A DNA stretch of 61,692 nucleotides, filler included, from Sphacelaria rigidula (GCA_964200075.2; 11 parts of 11 records of this genome joined end to end with filler, not necessarily neighbours in it); one strand, 5' to 3'. Shown: positions 11,237 to 25,089, counted from the first letter of the whole stretch. Numbers and translations are program-made. The notes: generated by a model not told the origin, from the letters alone.

Positions 11237-14200
11237 GTGTCCTACACTGTATTAACTCAGGGTGTCAAGGAACAACACTGTACTCGAAGGATTGTTTACC
11301 GACTGCCTGCTCTTCGGCTTCATGCACGAGAACGCAGTACCACACTCGTGCAAAAAATGACCGTCTGTGTATAGAACCGTTTCACAAATCTGTGATACTG
11401 TACCGTCTGTGCCATAAAATGGTCACCCCGATTTTGAGTACATAATATGAGTCCCCCCGATTTTGAAAAGAGTGGGGTACAAAAAAATCGGGATTCGTTT
11501 GCCATAAAAGTCTTAGACAGCCCTCGATGAAATTACCACCTACAAGACTGAATTCTTCCTCTTTCACAGCACTTTCTCGATTGTTGGATCGAAAACGTGC
11601 GGTGGATTGAAAACTTCCGGTCTGATACTTCGTCACTTCAAAAATGACTTCAATGAAAATGACGTGGGCTTAAATCACGACCTATGTTGTGAGCAAGCCA
11701 GCTGCACTGCTCGATTCCTTCTCCAGTGTTTTTTCTTGTCTCAACAGGGCCTCAGGGTGTGATCTCGGCCGTGTCTCCTCAAATTATATTTCATCAGAAA
11801 GGTTCGGCAGAAAAAAAAACTCGGACCGGACAGGTCGCCACCCATGTCCACGTCATTTCTATTATGATGAAACCAAAACAGAGTTCACCAAAATGGCGGA
11901 CATAATGGTCACTGTTTCTCAATTTGAGCATGAGCACCGAAGTTGGGATCCTGACAGGGACTGCTAGTCCCAAGTGCTCCTGGCTCGCCCAGAATATGTC
12001 CTTGTCCATATCGGCGTCACGAGGGCTGATTTGAGGGATGTCAACAACGCACTTGACATGAGAACACTTCTCACCCGCCCTTGCTTCTACCTTGGTTGGG
12101 GTAGGGCTTAGAGTTAGAGCGATGCGGGTTGGCGGCTCCTCGGTTATATCTACCAACCATTTTTTCCGATCATTTGGTGGACAGCCCTCGATGAATTACT
12201 ACCCCTCTGTATAGGAATTTCGTCCCTCCACCGCACTTTTCATACTATTCTCATTTCTCGGTGAAGTTCTTCGAAAGAGATTCGCCAGCTGTTGCCACTG
12301 GGGACTCATCACCAACACTCCTACTTCCCAACGAAATGGTGCACCATTCAACTTGTCGATGACACGGCATGCGAGAGGGGTGTCTCAAACTCGAGGTTCC
12401 CGGCACATTTTACCCCATGATGCCGAGAGTGGGATGTCTATAGAATCCTGATGTATCGATCTTCTTGGGGAATCATGCGGTCTCATTTCTAGCTTGGGAT
12501 ATTGTACTCTTCACCCACAATCGCCCTGTTCATTATCTGAGGGTCCCTTGCAACAGCAGACAACACGATGTACTACAGTAGTACTGCCTCTACAACAATC
12601 TTGCGGTCACCGCCAGCATGCTACATGCCGGAATCGAATTTCAATGCAGCGTGTTTTGTGAAATACCCTCCTCTTCGCCACCAAGCGCTGCATGCCAAAA
12701 GTTCCTCGCAGATCACCCTCTCAATTACCACGTTGGAGTGGCGCTTCGACATGGCGGCCCCTCTACGCGTTTGTTTGCTAGCGTAGATTTTAATTTGTGG
12801 TGCTGGATGGACGACCCGACCGATCGGCGACCGCGTCCAGCGGCATGCCGATGCCTCATACACATGCTTGGGTGTGTGTGTGTTATCATTCCATCCATTA
12901 TTCTGGACGCCAGTGCGTGTGCGTTCGTTATATTATCGATGCATGATGCAGGGATGCTGCAGTATGTTGTTCACTGAGAGGGTCAATTGTAAACATACGG
13001 CATGATCTTCGATTCATGACTGGCACATGCAATGAATTTTGCCAACCAAGCGGCTGGTGCACATGTGTGGTAGGCGTGTCTTGGGGCGTTTTTTCTCGAT
13101 CCATCCCTCGAGTATTGCCCACACCATTTTTGTTTAATTAACGCTTAGACTGGATCATGCATTCTTTTTTCGAGTCAAATTGAGGCCGAATCAGCAGATG
13201 TCCTACTCTCGCTGTCTAAGGGTCAAGTTATTTATGAAGCGACGATCTATCAGACCGGGAGTTTTCATTTTCACCGCACGTTTTCGATCGGGCAATCGAG
13301 TTCCCACGAAGACCGATATATCAGTATGAATGTGTACCTGCATAATGTATCGTGTGACGTCAGAACATAATGGACGACACGAATCACGTACCGACCATTC
13401 TTTAATTTTTGGAGAGGATCGTGTCAGTCGGCGCTCCTCAGTACAGGCACATTCAAACTCGAAGTTCCTGGTATATCCAACACTCGCTACTTTCATGTAC
13501 AGTACCCTTCCACGGCGAGGGTAGCCCATCTTGTCGTTCATCATTTTATGGTGAAATTGATGTCGATTTAATAGAAATCCCACTCTCGCCGTCACAGGGT
13601 TAAAATATACCGGGGAACCTCGAGTATATGGTATATACCTCTGCACCATCACGATGGGAAGTAGGAGTGTTGGCGAATCCGCAGTGGCCGCAGTCTGGCG
13701 AGATCTGTTCCGAAGAACCACATCATTTATACTGCCCTCAGCATATTGTATCCTGCTGGCGCAGTCTCTCCGGTATGCCATGCGCTCTTCGTTGGCTCGT
13801 TATTGGAGGTCAGCTTACCACTTGGGATGGTGAGAAATCTCTTAGAAACTTATAACTTCGAACAAGCTATAACACCAACACTACACGTATCGAAGCAGGA
13901 GATGCGGAAATTGCGTAGCAATATGGTTCAGACCCTCAAGGTCCGAAGAGTCGGCAAATCTGACGTTTTCATCTAACAACGCAGGAAGGAGTGTCGACAG
14001 TGGTCTGAAAAATCAACGTACCACACACATCACACATCGTCCAATGAGGGCGATGGCGATATACAGCACAATAACTAACGCCTCCAGTAGAGTTTACCAC
14101 TTGGGATGGTGAGTAATTTCTCAGATAGTTCAACTTCATTTCAGTGCCAATAGCGGAAATCCGGATCCTTAATGGGGCTATGCTCCAGGTGTGCTCCTCC

Positions 14201-14329
14201 TAGCTTGCCCAGAACGCGTTTTGGTCGAAATCGGCGCCAGGGACGCCGATTTGAGGTCTGGCAACGTACCCTTCGCCTATGCAACATTCTCCACCCCCTT
14301 GCCCGGGGGTTCTCGGTGTGCCTTCGTTG

Positions 14330-14358
14330 GGGTTAGGGTTAGGGTTAGGGTTAGGGTT
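14330..14358 (+). repeat. Interstitial telomere-like repeat (TTAGGG)4+
   Basis: gggttagggttagggttagggttagggtt. Confidence 0.85.
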
Positions 14359-16754
14359 GAGGCGATCTAATGTTTTGGTCGTGTATCTATGATTGATTTG
14401 TTCGAACAAACTGACAATAATGCTGACCCTAAGGACAACAGGCTAGGCGACGCTCGAGCAAGGAGGGGATGAATGGGTTCCTCTAGACAAAGTGTGCGTT
14501 GCCATACCTGAAAACGATGCCACAGCCGCCGATTCGATAAAAACACGTTCTGGATGATCTGGGTGCCCTGCTCACCTGCGGCAAACCATAAATGTTCTCA
14601 CAACGTTTTTGAATCTAAAATGAAGTAGTCATGTTGTCAACCATGAATATACACGACCGAAGCTTTAGGTCGACTGACTAGTACAGTAGTTACATGCCTG
14701 TACTGATGTCATCATGTACAGTGCTTCAACTCGATGGTGGCAAACCCGTCGCTGGACGGTGTCGTGAAGCATGACAATTGATGCCGCCCGCGACGAGTTG
14801 GCGGCACTTTTAATCGACCGTCTCATACCTCAATGCATACGGCGCACTGCGTTCGTTGGTCACAGACAGCATGAGTATTGATGATCTGCCTCTCCGACTG
14901 CACGATGATGGTCACCTACAGTTGGCCGGGTGCGGCACTGTGACGCTGCAGGTAGACGACGGTCACATTATTCAAACCAGATGGCAGGGTAAGGTCGTCC
15001 GAGGGTTCATCTTCGACGCTGGAGGATCTGTAGTGAAGGAGGTAAGGTGTATGACATCCTCCCCGCCTGTCCATTGGGTATGCACATATTATGGCGTCCA
15101 TTTTGAGTACCGTCGCCGTTCGTTGCGGCAGTGGCACTGCGGCAGTCTTTGTTCCGGATCTGGCATTATTGCCCACGTTCGGGCCCAATCGCCTTTCTAA
15201 TTCGCGTAATCTCGTGCATTTTGTGCGTATCGAGAATGGGGATTGTGTCTGGGGCAGCGGGCGTCGCAGGCTGTTCGTTTAACACTGCAATAACCTATAC
15301 TGTACCTATCACGTGCAGCGTCACCGTCGGTGGCGGCGAAGCCTGTCCCACTGGCATAACCGCACAATCACTTGCGAACTGTTCACAACCGCGGCTTAAT
15401 TCATTTTTTTGAGGGGCCCGACGTGGTGTGTATGATATTTGAAGTCGTCAGTTGAGCCCCTGATCCCAGTCGTTTTTATTCATCATCATCATCGTCAGCT
15501 GTATGAAAGGCTAGGGCTACTACACACACAAGTGATGGCAGCCTAACTCCCGCACGAGTCGTCGAGGCTTATAATGAAGTAGTGTGGTGGGTGCCCATTA
15601 CCGTGTATACGTTGTAACATGTGGAATATTTATTTTATCCGTGACTCGAACTACTTGCATGGACGATTACCGACGTGTTTCTTCATCGCAGATGACATCG
15701 GTCAGCAAACGCTCGTGGTAGCGGTGGTTCTGGTTATTCTTTTGTGAGACCATGTTCTCTTTCAAGTATACCCAAGAAAGAAAACCCACCGTGTGCAACC
15801 CTTTAGATCGGCGAGGGTCAGCTTGATAGTTCGAGCTGACAGCTTCGTGCACGCCCCCTGCGCGAGAAAAGTCCAGCAGCGCAGAGAAAAGTATGCATGG
15901 CTTCTCGTCAGACGGGCGAGAAGTCCTCGGGCGACGACACGGACAAAAATCACGGCGTTTGTGGCGTACTCATGAGCAGTGACTGCGTGGGCGGGAGATG
16001 TTTCAACACACTGCGGCGCCCTCTCAGTCATTGTCAACGCAGCCGCCATGTCTGTATACCTGACCCGACCTGAGATGCCGCTGTTACGTCAGCGTTATCC
16101 TCAATCCACGTGGAAACCTTCTGGGATCGTGGGAGTACATTTATTTTCACCGATCACTCGTACAACTTGAATCAAGGGCACATCTTTCCCATCTGCCACT
16201 CATCGGTATGTATTTTACTAACATCTTGCCCACCTACCTGCCTTTCGTACGAAATGAATCAAGCGAACGTGCTCCACCCTGTAATTGCTTACGGCATGAA
16301 CCAAGCGTACATGAGTTCCACCCGTAATCCCGGCGGGAAAAATCAAGCGTAGATATTTCCACCAGTCAGCGCATCAAGCAGCGTAGTGAATTCATCGTGT
16401 GCATGCATGATGTGCATTCATGCACCCATTCTTGATGCGGAAGTGATGAAACGAAGATTCTATGGTAGGGGTGCACTCTTTAGCGTTCTGAGGCTGCACA
16501 CTAACGCCCAGCTGTTTGTCATCCAGACGCTCTGCCAATGCAGAGCCTCAGAAAACAAATGTGCACCCGTCTCGTGATTCAACTCGAAACTGACATTTTC
16601 TCATCACCAATTATTCACGCAGCGCTCTGGTGAAGGAAGGTGGAGGAGGAGTGGGGGGGGGCGGGGGGGGGGGGGGGGGGGGACCCCTATACCCGCAGAA
16701 AGGGGGCTTCGGTGGTTGCTGGAGGGGAGGCCCGCAGAATGCGAGGGATTGGGC

Positions 16755-16854
16755 NNNNNNNNNNNNNNNNNNNNNNNNNNNNNNNNNNNNNNNNNNNNTT
16801 AATTAATTAANNNNNNNNNNNNNNNNNNNNNNNNNNNNNNNNNNNNNNNNNNNN
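16755..16854. other. Artificial contig linker
   Basis: N44-TTAATTAATTAA-N44. Confidence 0.99.
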
Positions 16855-17537
16855 CAAACCTCAGATTTCTTCGAAATCCTACCACTTTGAACACACACAA
16901 ACTAGACGAATGTGCTCTTTTTCGCCAACTATCTACACGAAAATGGCGAAATTCCAACAACAGGTTCATCCTCCCCGCGATAATTGAACCCCATTTTCGA
17001 GGAGACCTTGTTGCGATTAGCATCCCACTGGGCTAGGAATATCTCGAATGGATTTCAAAAGCGGGCATGTCCTGACTCATATTCTTGGTGAGAAAGATCT
17101 GGGCCTAAACTGATTGATTGTCGCACTTAAACTGATCCCCCAGCGGTCCAGCCGAGGTCGCATGATAGACGTACCCAAGAAAAACAAAACTGGAACACTC
17201 GCAGAAGAAAAGAAGGGACAAAAAAGGTGAAAATAACGATATAGTACACTAAGAGGTAAAAATAATAAGAAAAAGAAGACGAGAAATACAAAAATAGACA
17301 AAACAAGGCGCAGGAAGAAATGGCTGACCTAAAACAAAAAAAAAGAAAAATAATGGGGAAGAAAAAAGAGAGCAAAATGAATAGAATAAAAAATAGAATA
17401 ATGAAAAAAAAGGAAAAGCCCAGGGGATTCAGGACAGCAGAGTAGATACAGATACACACCAGTGGACACCGCAGAGCCATCGACTAAAGACATAATCAAC
17501 AATCGGTATGAGCAGATCAAATATCCAACCCCTACCA

Positions 17538-18667
17538 GGGTGTACGACCTAGTTTCGCAACACAAAATGCCGGCATGCCTGAAAAGCATCGGCTCCAGAT
17601 GGGTATACAAAGTCAAGTCTGATACTTTCAAGGCTTGAGTAGTTGGACAGGGCTAGGGAGAGGAGGCCGGGCGGGACCATGGAAAGGTCGGCTCACCGGT
17701 GTGCCGCATACAAAGTATTCGCATGACCTTAGGCGTGGTCGCTGCATTGGACTTGGAGATCATTCATCTCGACGTTCAAACGGCATTCCTGAATGCACCG
17801 CTGAAAGAGGATGTATGTGCACGTGCGACTACCACCTGGATTCGAGCAGAAGAGCCCTCCGACGGGGTGTTCCTCTCATTATGAAGCTTCGTCGATCTTT
17901 ATATGGATTCTGACAGTCACCTCAAAACTGGTGGGTCACTTTGGACAAATACCTGGGAAAATATGGATTTGTGTCTCTCATGGCCGGCCCGTGCGTATAG
18001 ATCTACATTTCCAAGACCATGGATGAGTTGACGGCTTTGGTAACGGAAAAGCAAGAAAAGGTCTCCGCTATTCTCACACTGTATGCGGATGACCAATTGA
18101 TCGCTGGAAAGAAAAACAAAAAATAATAACAGCCAAGTTTGAAATGACCAATTTCGGCGTACGTATCCTTAGTTCTTGGGATGCAAATAACCCGGGACAG
18201 GACGGTCGGACATCTCGCCATCGATTAATCTGCGTACATCAAGGGTATTCTACAACGTTTGGGTATAGAAAAATGCAAAACAGCAGCCACACACCTGGAA
18301 GTGATCCTGAGATTTTTATCAAACAACCGGTGAAAAAGTTGCTAAACGATCAGGACGTGAAACAATATCAATCAATAGTTGGCTCGGTTATATATCTGGT
18401 GGAAGTGACACGCTACGGCATCCAATACGCCGTTAACCAGCTTGCTCGAGCCATGGCAACGCCCGCCATTCCACACGTGGCTGCGGCGGAACACCTCCTG
18501 CGATATTTAGCTGAATCAATCGAACACAACATACGCTACAAGAAGGGCGGTTTTCACCTGACGGAATTTTCAGACGCCAACTGGGGCAGCAATCGTGACA
18601 ACTCCAAATCAAGATCGTTATACATCATCATGCTGGCGAAAGCCCCGGCTAGTTTCAAAGTCGGGCT
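17538..18667 (+). mobile_element. Decayed Ty1/Copia retrotransposon RT and start of RNase H
   Basis: Motifs IGSRWVYKVK, LDVQTAFLNAPL, KLRRSLYG, LYADD, YQSIVGSVIYL..TR..IQYAVNQLAR, HLLRYL and FSDANWG..DNSKS, with several frameshifts and stops. Confidence 0.95.
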
Positions 18668-18842
18668 AACCCTAACCGTAACCATAAGGATGTTCAATCT
18701 CCGATGCGGTCTTCTAAGCACGCGGTCCCCTCACGCATTACACTCACGCTGAATTGCCGCCGGTCTGCAGCATATATATATACTTGATGGCTGGAAAGCC
18801 TTCTTGGTGGTACGTCATTCTGGGTGTACAGAGGGCCCGTTC

Positions 18843-20340
18843 TTGTACAGGGTAAGTATTGGGGTTAGGGTCAGGGGCGTGGTCCCTCCAAGGATTTGGC
18901 CCGATTGGTTCTGAAAAAGGTTCGTCCTGAGGTGTTTTGAACTACGATGCCGTCCCCTAAGTAAGCACGCGGTCCTCGCACGCGCATGACGATCATCAAT
19001 ATTTTTTCACGCATTAGGCACGAGGTTCTACTCGCTGCTGTCTCCTCTCGGTATTTACTTCGCTGTATGAGGCCGTGAGTGATGCTACGACGATACGGGT
19101 GCACAAATATTTTCTGAGGTTCGATATTTAAGGAGCCCTGTATCTCTCATCAAAAACACGACTTATGATATATGTGATAGTACGCCAGGATTACTGAGAG
19201 CTGGGCCAGCAGTAAATCCCGCATTCGCTTCCCACACCACAACTTCTCAAGTTTCCCAAGTCAGCGCGAGTTGAACATGTCGCTGTGAAGTACAGATCAA
19301 CCTGGTGACACACGGCACCGCCGCTGAATGAAAAAAAAAAATGAAAAAAAATGTACTGCACAATATATGGCCTGAACGAACGACGGACGAAAATCGAAGA
19401 GAATCTGTCGGTATTTGAACTCATGACCTCCACAACTGGAGTCTCGTGTATCACTTGGATTGAAGGGGCGCGGCCGTGTGTCACACAAAAAGTGCGATAC
19501 GGCGCCCAATTTGAGGTACTCTTCGCTAAAAGTTCATCAGGATGTCTTGGACGCGAGTACCCACAACGCTATTCGGGGTGCAGCCGGCTTCATCAATTTT
19601 TCACGGAGTTGAAACATTTTTCTTGTTCTCGCTGAAACTTCAACTCGCTCCATTTTTGTGTTTTTGTTCTTTCCTCCTCTACACTCACAAGAGAGTTGCG
19701 CGAGTCAATGGTAAAAATGTCGTGTCAATATTTCAGCGCCTGACTCTTCGAATGACCGATCGCATCGCCATTTTTCATGCAAAAATCACAGTCAGCTGGC
19801 CCCGTTCGTATTCCAATGTGTGAGGGGTATCCCGATTAAAATTTTAAACGGGGATGCGCTGACCCATATTCTTGTGCATCTAGAATCGTTAGGAGCCCCT
19901 GAACCAGACAAGATTTTGAGCAAAAAGTGCACCCCTACCGTGGCATTGCTCGCGTGTCTTGTTCAATTTCTCTCGACTCGAAAACATGCGGTCGAATTGA
20001 ACAGGTCGCAATTAGCCCGTATATGATACGCCCACCGTATTATATTTGTGTTCTCAGATGGAGATGGCTTCAAGTCCGTTTTATAGTTGTTTGCGCGCGA
20101 CGGGCGGGGTCAAAAACAGAAAAGCTTAGCCTTTTCGAGCGAAACGAGCGGCGGAAATGAACGAAGGGGCACATGACTTCTATGTTGCAGACTGTAATGC
20201 GTGAGAGTACCGCGTTTCTAGGGGACCGCATCGTAGTTTGAAACACTTCAGGATCGACGTTTTTCAAAACCAATCCGGCCAGTCCCTACAGGGACCACGC
20301 CCCCCACCCGAACCCCAAAAGTAGTCCTACCCCTATATAA
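18843..20340. mobile_element. ~1.5-kb non-autonomous DNA element with ~145-bp diverged inverted repeats
   Basis: 18843-18990 (ggggcgtggtccct...gattggtt.tgaaaaa...tcctga.gtgttt..aactacgatgc.gtcccct) is the reverse complement of ~20194-20340. It contains a nested gagctgggccagc-type element at ~19196-19808. Confidence 0.7.
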
Positions 20341-22286
20341 CCCTAACCATAGGGGTGTTAAAATCACGATGCGGTCTCCTAAGCACGCGGTCCTCGCACG
20401 CATTATTACAAGACAATCATGCCAGATACCACCCTTTCACAGAACTTTAGTATACAAAGCCCAGATGGTTCATTCGCAGCTCTTAACTCAACCTTGCAGC
20501 ATAGATCAAGAACTGCGCATAGGGATATATACATACCCTGCTGCGATATGAAACCGACACTACCACCCTCTTGGCATCATGTGTTTCTTCTTTGTTGGCG
20601 AAAAATTGGGCATCTAATTTCGTGGTGGGGTCCACCGACGGAGTTTCGTGTTGGGGTGGGCGACCGCATTGCGAACGCGATCATGGACAGTAGAGGCAGT
20701 GCAAAACTGCACACGGTTCAAATCTTCTTCGCATCCTCCTATATGCAAAGAGTAGAGACAGCTCTACTGTGTATATGCCATACTACCCCCTTCTTTCCCA
20801 TATAGCGCCTGCATGCTGTAGGAAACACACGCACTGCGCATGCAGTACAGGCAGAACCACTGACTGTACTGTTGACTCAAGTATCTGTACTGTGTGTTGA
20901 ACGCAAATATTGCTTCACGAATTTCCCTTGGATTTCTCGATCCAAAGCGTGCAAATTCGCTTGAGCCCAAAGCGACTGAATTGATTCCGCCGCACGTACT
21001 CGTTCGAATCGTTAAAAAAATGATACTCGTAGACACGACTTGAGTAAGCCAGGTATTGAGCCAACTAACCATAGGTATGCAACACCGAACTACCCTATAG
21101 TCATCTATCGCACGTGGGCCTGCCTCCTGCTGCCTATTATGGTCGCGTTTTGTTTTGTACTGTTGTGAGGCAAATGTAAGGTGCCGACGCCATTCATTGG
21201 TCAGGCTGATGTGACTATAATAATATATGGACTTGTACGTGCGCAGCTGGTGCACCACATGCCCGGGATCATGTAGAAAGAACAGGTTTAACGAACAACG
21301 CGCGTAATTACTTTCTCATCAAAACAGCCGGAAATCAAGCAGCAGCAACCACAAGTATACGATGGAGGGGGGGAGCAATTGCAGTGCACAGGAATACGAG
21401 ACGGAACTACACCTTATCCACTCTTCACCACCTATGAGGACCAGTTTTAATTTAGTCCCCCGCTGCCCCCCTCGGTTAGCGACGCACGGACCTTCAAGTA
21501 CACGCTAAGTAACTGTCGACGTCGGACAACATACGCGGTGACTTACCGTAGGCAATACTGGGTAGGCACGCGGCAGTACCCGCCAGGAGAGCGAAATAAC
21601 GTGACGCCATGGACGGCAGTGTCGTTGTTCGTTGTCCAAGATTTACACCGGGAGTCAGGACGGATGTAGACCTCGAGATATGCGGGACTGACTTGTCGGG
21701 CAGGTCATGGGATATTCATCATTCATCGGGGTATTATTTATTTTTATTGTCAACAGCTGGCTTTCTTCTCGCGCTCTTGGCTGAACACCCACGCCTCTTG
21801 CTGAACTAACCTAGGAGGCTCTTTCTCTTACTGGCACATTAATGCACACGATCCACTGGCCATATGCGGTCGCTGAGAACTTTCCGACTTGGATGTGGAT
21901 CGCTCCCGAGATGATGGTGTCAGCGAGAGAGAGCGGCGGAATTGACACCGCAACCGCGGGCCACCAGACGAATCTTCCGGAGAATTTTGAAGTACGTTGT
22001 TAGGGTCATTATTATCGACACTTTGCTCCTCTCTTGACTGTGGGATCTTTGTTATTAATCTAGAGATCAAATGTGACGCAACGCAACTCCAACCCAGACC
22101 GTAACATGCACATCCGCGCATCATGTGTTAATCTCTGTTATTGCATCCTCTACTACACACCCCCTTCTAATTTCCTCTACAAATCGTGCAATGCCGGAAC
22201 CCTGTCCTCCCGGTCCAACTACGGTATGAATCTATAACTTACCCCGGTCGTGAATGCACGATGTGATCCAAACATACCATAAGCAT

Positions 22287-22372
22287 ACGAGCTGGGCCAG
22301 CCAAAAAACGGATTTAAATTCTAAAAGCAATATCTCATCGACGCAGACGAGTTGGGCCGTGATCCGCATATC
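22287..22372 (+). mobile_element. Terminus of the Tc1/mariner-like CGAGCTGGGCCAGC family, cut by the contig end
   Basis: ta|cgagctgggccagc...aaagcaatatctcatcgacgcagacgagttgggccgtgatccgc matches 8169-8260 and the reverse of 59918-60002. Confidence 0.8.
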
Positions 22373-22472
22373 NNNNNNNNNNNNNNNNNNNNNNNNNNNN
22401 NNNNNNNNNNNNNNNNTTAATTAATTAANNNNNNNNNNNNNNNNNNNNNNNNNNNNNNNNNNNNNNNNNNNN
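22373..22472. other. Artificial contig linker
   Basis: N44-TTAATTAATTAA-N44. Confidence 0.99.
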
Positions 22473-22483
22473 TACACTTAAAA

Positions 22484-22712
22484 CAGTAGTCTCATCACCC
22501 GTACCGCTGTTTCGTGCAAAAGAGTCGCACATAACCGGCCCGCAATTCGTCAAAAGCGTACATAGTGCGGGACCCGCACTATTGAGGTAATCTGTTCATA
22601 TATTAGTGCGGGATGCGCACAATAAAGGACAAGAATCATATTGTGCGGGTGCCCGGTTTAGTGCGGGTGAAATCGCCTGTTCCATACCCGCACTATACAG
22701 GGCCACCTACTG
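22484..22712. mobile_element. Probable small MITE with repeated GTGCGGG/CCCGCA subterminal motifs
   Basis: cagtag...ctactg|ta ends, with about seven gtgcggg/cccgca motifs in both orientations. Confidence 0.45.
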
Positions 22713-23148
22713 TAAATCTTTTTTTCAAAACTTCACACGTGGACAACAACCAATTTGAAAACTAGAACTTCATGAAGGAATGCAGCGCTGCCGACAGTCC
22801 ACAAGCAGAGTCGTTCATTTTTTTCAACTTATTTCTTTTCCCGGAATAGGGGGCGGAAAATATGGTCATTTTTGGGCCGATCGATTCTTTGCGGCCCTTC
22901 GCCCGCGGAGGGTAGTTCGCCAAAAAAATTACGAGTAAACGACGCCAAATATTTTTCAATACATCATCGCCTAGCGCATCAGACACGGTCAAGGGCCCGT
23001 GTAAACGTAACCGACTGTACTTCTGGGACAAAGGAAGCACATGTGTATATATACGTGTGTACGTACCAAACACATTCCACGGAGTTTGAGGGAAATCAAA
23101 AGGGTCAACAGCAAAAAACACAAAACATTTCAACGAAATACGAACTAT

Positions 23149-23153
<5 letters not shown>

Positions 23154-23212
<59 letters not shown>
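23154..23212. repeat. (GT)n microsatellite
   Basis: Direct reading. Confidence 0.98.
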
Positions 23213-23213
<1 letters not shown>

Positions 23214-24393
23214 CTTTTTGTGTCTCACCCGATCGATCACCCCCTCCTTGTGTCGCAAAAATTAAAATTTGTGATTAACGCCATGATCAGGAAGAATACG
23301 ACCGATACCAAACAATCACCACTGACCCAGTTGTGGATGAATTCATCACGCCTATCTGTCCCAAAACTTTACAGTTCTCTGATATCCCGGCGCCGCGCCA
23401 GGAGCGCCGCCACCGTAGACGCAGCGACTCGATCCATACTTCATCCCCTTCCCCCCCCTCTCGTCCTGTTGGCCGACCCGCACACAGAAGAACATGCACA
23501 CGAGTACACCCGTCCGCCTCTCTCCGGGTAGCAGCAGCCAGTGTACCATACAACCCGCCCTCTGTATTGACGACTCTGATCTCAACAACATTGCCTTACC
23601 TATATCGCGACATCATGTGTCTGGCTCTGTGCCAGTTTTGTGCTTCCTTCGTAGACACGATTCAAGTACGTACCAAGCGTATGCTTAGGAAAAAAAAACT
23701 ATTTTTCTAACACCTCAGCCCAACCCAACCCAGCGTATAGTATATATGTCAACACTTGGCCCATGTTCTCGCCGCGCCAAGCAGAAAATGTACACTTGGG
23801 AGCAGACACACACACACAACACACACAACACACGACGCACACACCGACGCACGCACAAGACGCGCTTAGCCGGCGACTGACTATATCAAGGCGCCACTAA
23901 AAACGAAGTATACCGACAAATATTTACCAATTAACACTCATATGTGCGGTAGCGGGACGCTTTGGGGTTGGGTATGGCTTGATACAGGAGCTTGGACACA
24001 GAAAAAACAAAACAAAAGCTCGAGAAGAGAGACTTTCACTTTTTTATTTCTTTTCAAAAATACGCACAAAAGCCAATCATCACAGCAGCTCCTGTTCGGC
24101 AGGCAGGGCATACAAACCCAACCATCCCACACACCAAAGTATCGGGAGCTACAACAGTACCTCGTGCAACGCGCCACCATTTTGTCATTTACACACGAGC
24201 ACAAGAGACTCAGGTGGTTGATGTATCCCCCCCCCCCCTGGCACCCACCCTTATGTAAGAAAAAGGTTCCAGCACGTGACAGAAAAAAAGCGACCCGCTT
24301 AGGATAGAAACGGTTAAAAAATTCAGCTAAGTGGGTGCACAGTCCCAGTAGCACAGCGTGAGTGACAAACAACGCCCACCCCCCCAAAACACA

Positions 24394-24396
<3 letters not shown>

Positions 24397-24432
<36 letters not shown>
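24397..24432. repeat. (GA)n microsatellite
   Basis: Direct reading. Confidence 0.97.
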
Positions 24433-24436
<4 letters not shown>

Positions 24437-24648
24437 ACCCTCCATTCCTTGAAAATACAACCTTACAAACTATATAAAAGCGTGAAATAACGATAACGCG
24501 CGAACATCCGCCACCGCTTCAACCGCAACTTGCTCGGAGGATGGCGATGCTACAACGACCGCACCCCCTACGCGAGGCGAGGAGGAGGAACCGGGATAGC
24601 AGCAGCGAGGAACGAAATCGCAAAAAACGAGACACAAAACATTGCTAG

Positions 24649-25089
24649 TCATACTCCACCACCACCGCCGCCCCCGTCCCCCTGCGTGGCCGCTCCGGCA
24701 GCCGCTCGAGCCGCCGCCATCTCCGTCGCCCGTGCACGCGCGTCCGCTGTGGGCGACGTCACTGGCTCCCTGTGTACCCTGACAAGCGCCACGATGAGCT
24801 CTCGTAGCTCGCCCGTGCTGACCGAGGTGGTCGTAAATACGATCGTCGGCGGCCTCGCCTTCCGAGCCGCGATCTCTTGTGCAGCAGCCGCCGCCGCCGC
24901 CTGCGTCGCCTCGCGACTCATCCCTCGACTGCCGCCGCGGCTGCCGCGGCTGCCGCCGCTGCTGGAGCGGGAGCGGGAACCAGACAGGGATGCACGGCTG
25001 CCGCGCGGCGGCGTGGTTGCCGGGGAAGCGGGTGATGACTGCTTGCGTTCTTGAGGGGGTGGCGTGAATGGAGACAGTCTCCGCCGTAC
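24649..25089 (-). CDS. Terminal exon of a PH-GRAM-domain protein
   Basis: Acceptor ccag|GTA at 25090/25089, phase 0, open to TGA at 24649. Encodes VRRRLSPF... (Ser/Gly/Ala-rich) ...PPTIVFTTTSVSTGELRELIVALVRVHRE, the last strand and helix of a PH fold. Confidence 0.75.
   Translation of the reverse strand, partial: VRRRLSPFTPPPQERKQSSPASPATTPPRGSRASLSGSRSRSSSGGSRGSRGGSRGMSREATQAAAAAAAQEIAARKARPPTIVFTTTSVSTGELRELIVALVRVHREPVTSPTADARARATEMAAARAAAGAATQGDGGGGGGGV

Noticed and set aside
15762..16049. Possible RWP-RK start (LTLADLKG)
   Set aside because: No following FHLP or RWP motif was found.
17077..17480. Phe/Leu-rich membrane-protein-like ORFs
   Set aside because: They are translations of an A-rich low-complexity tract.
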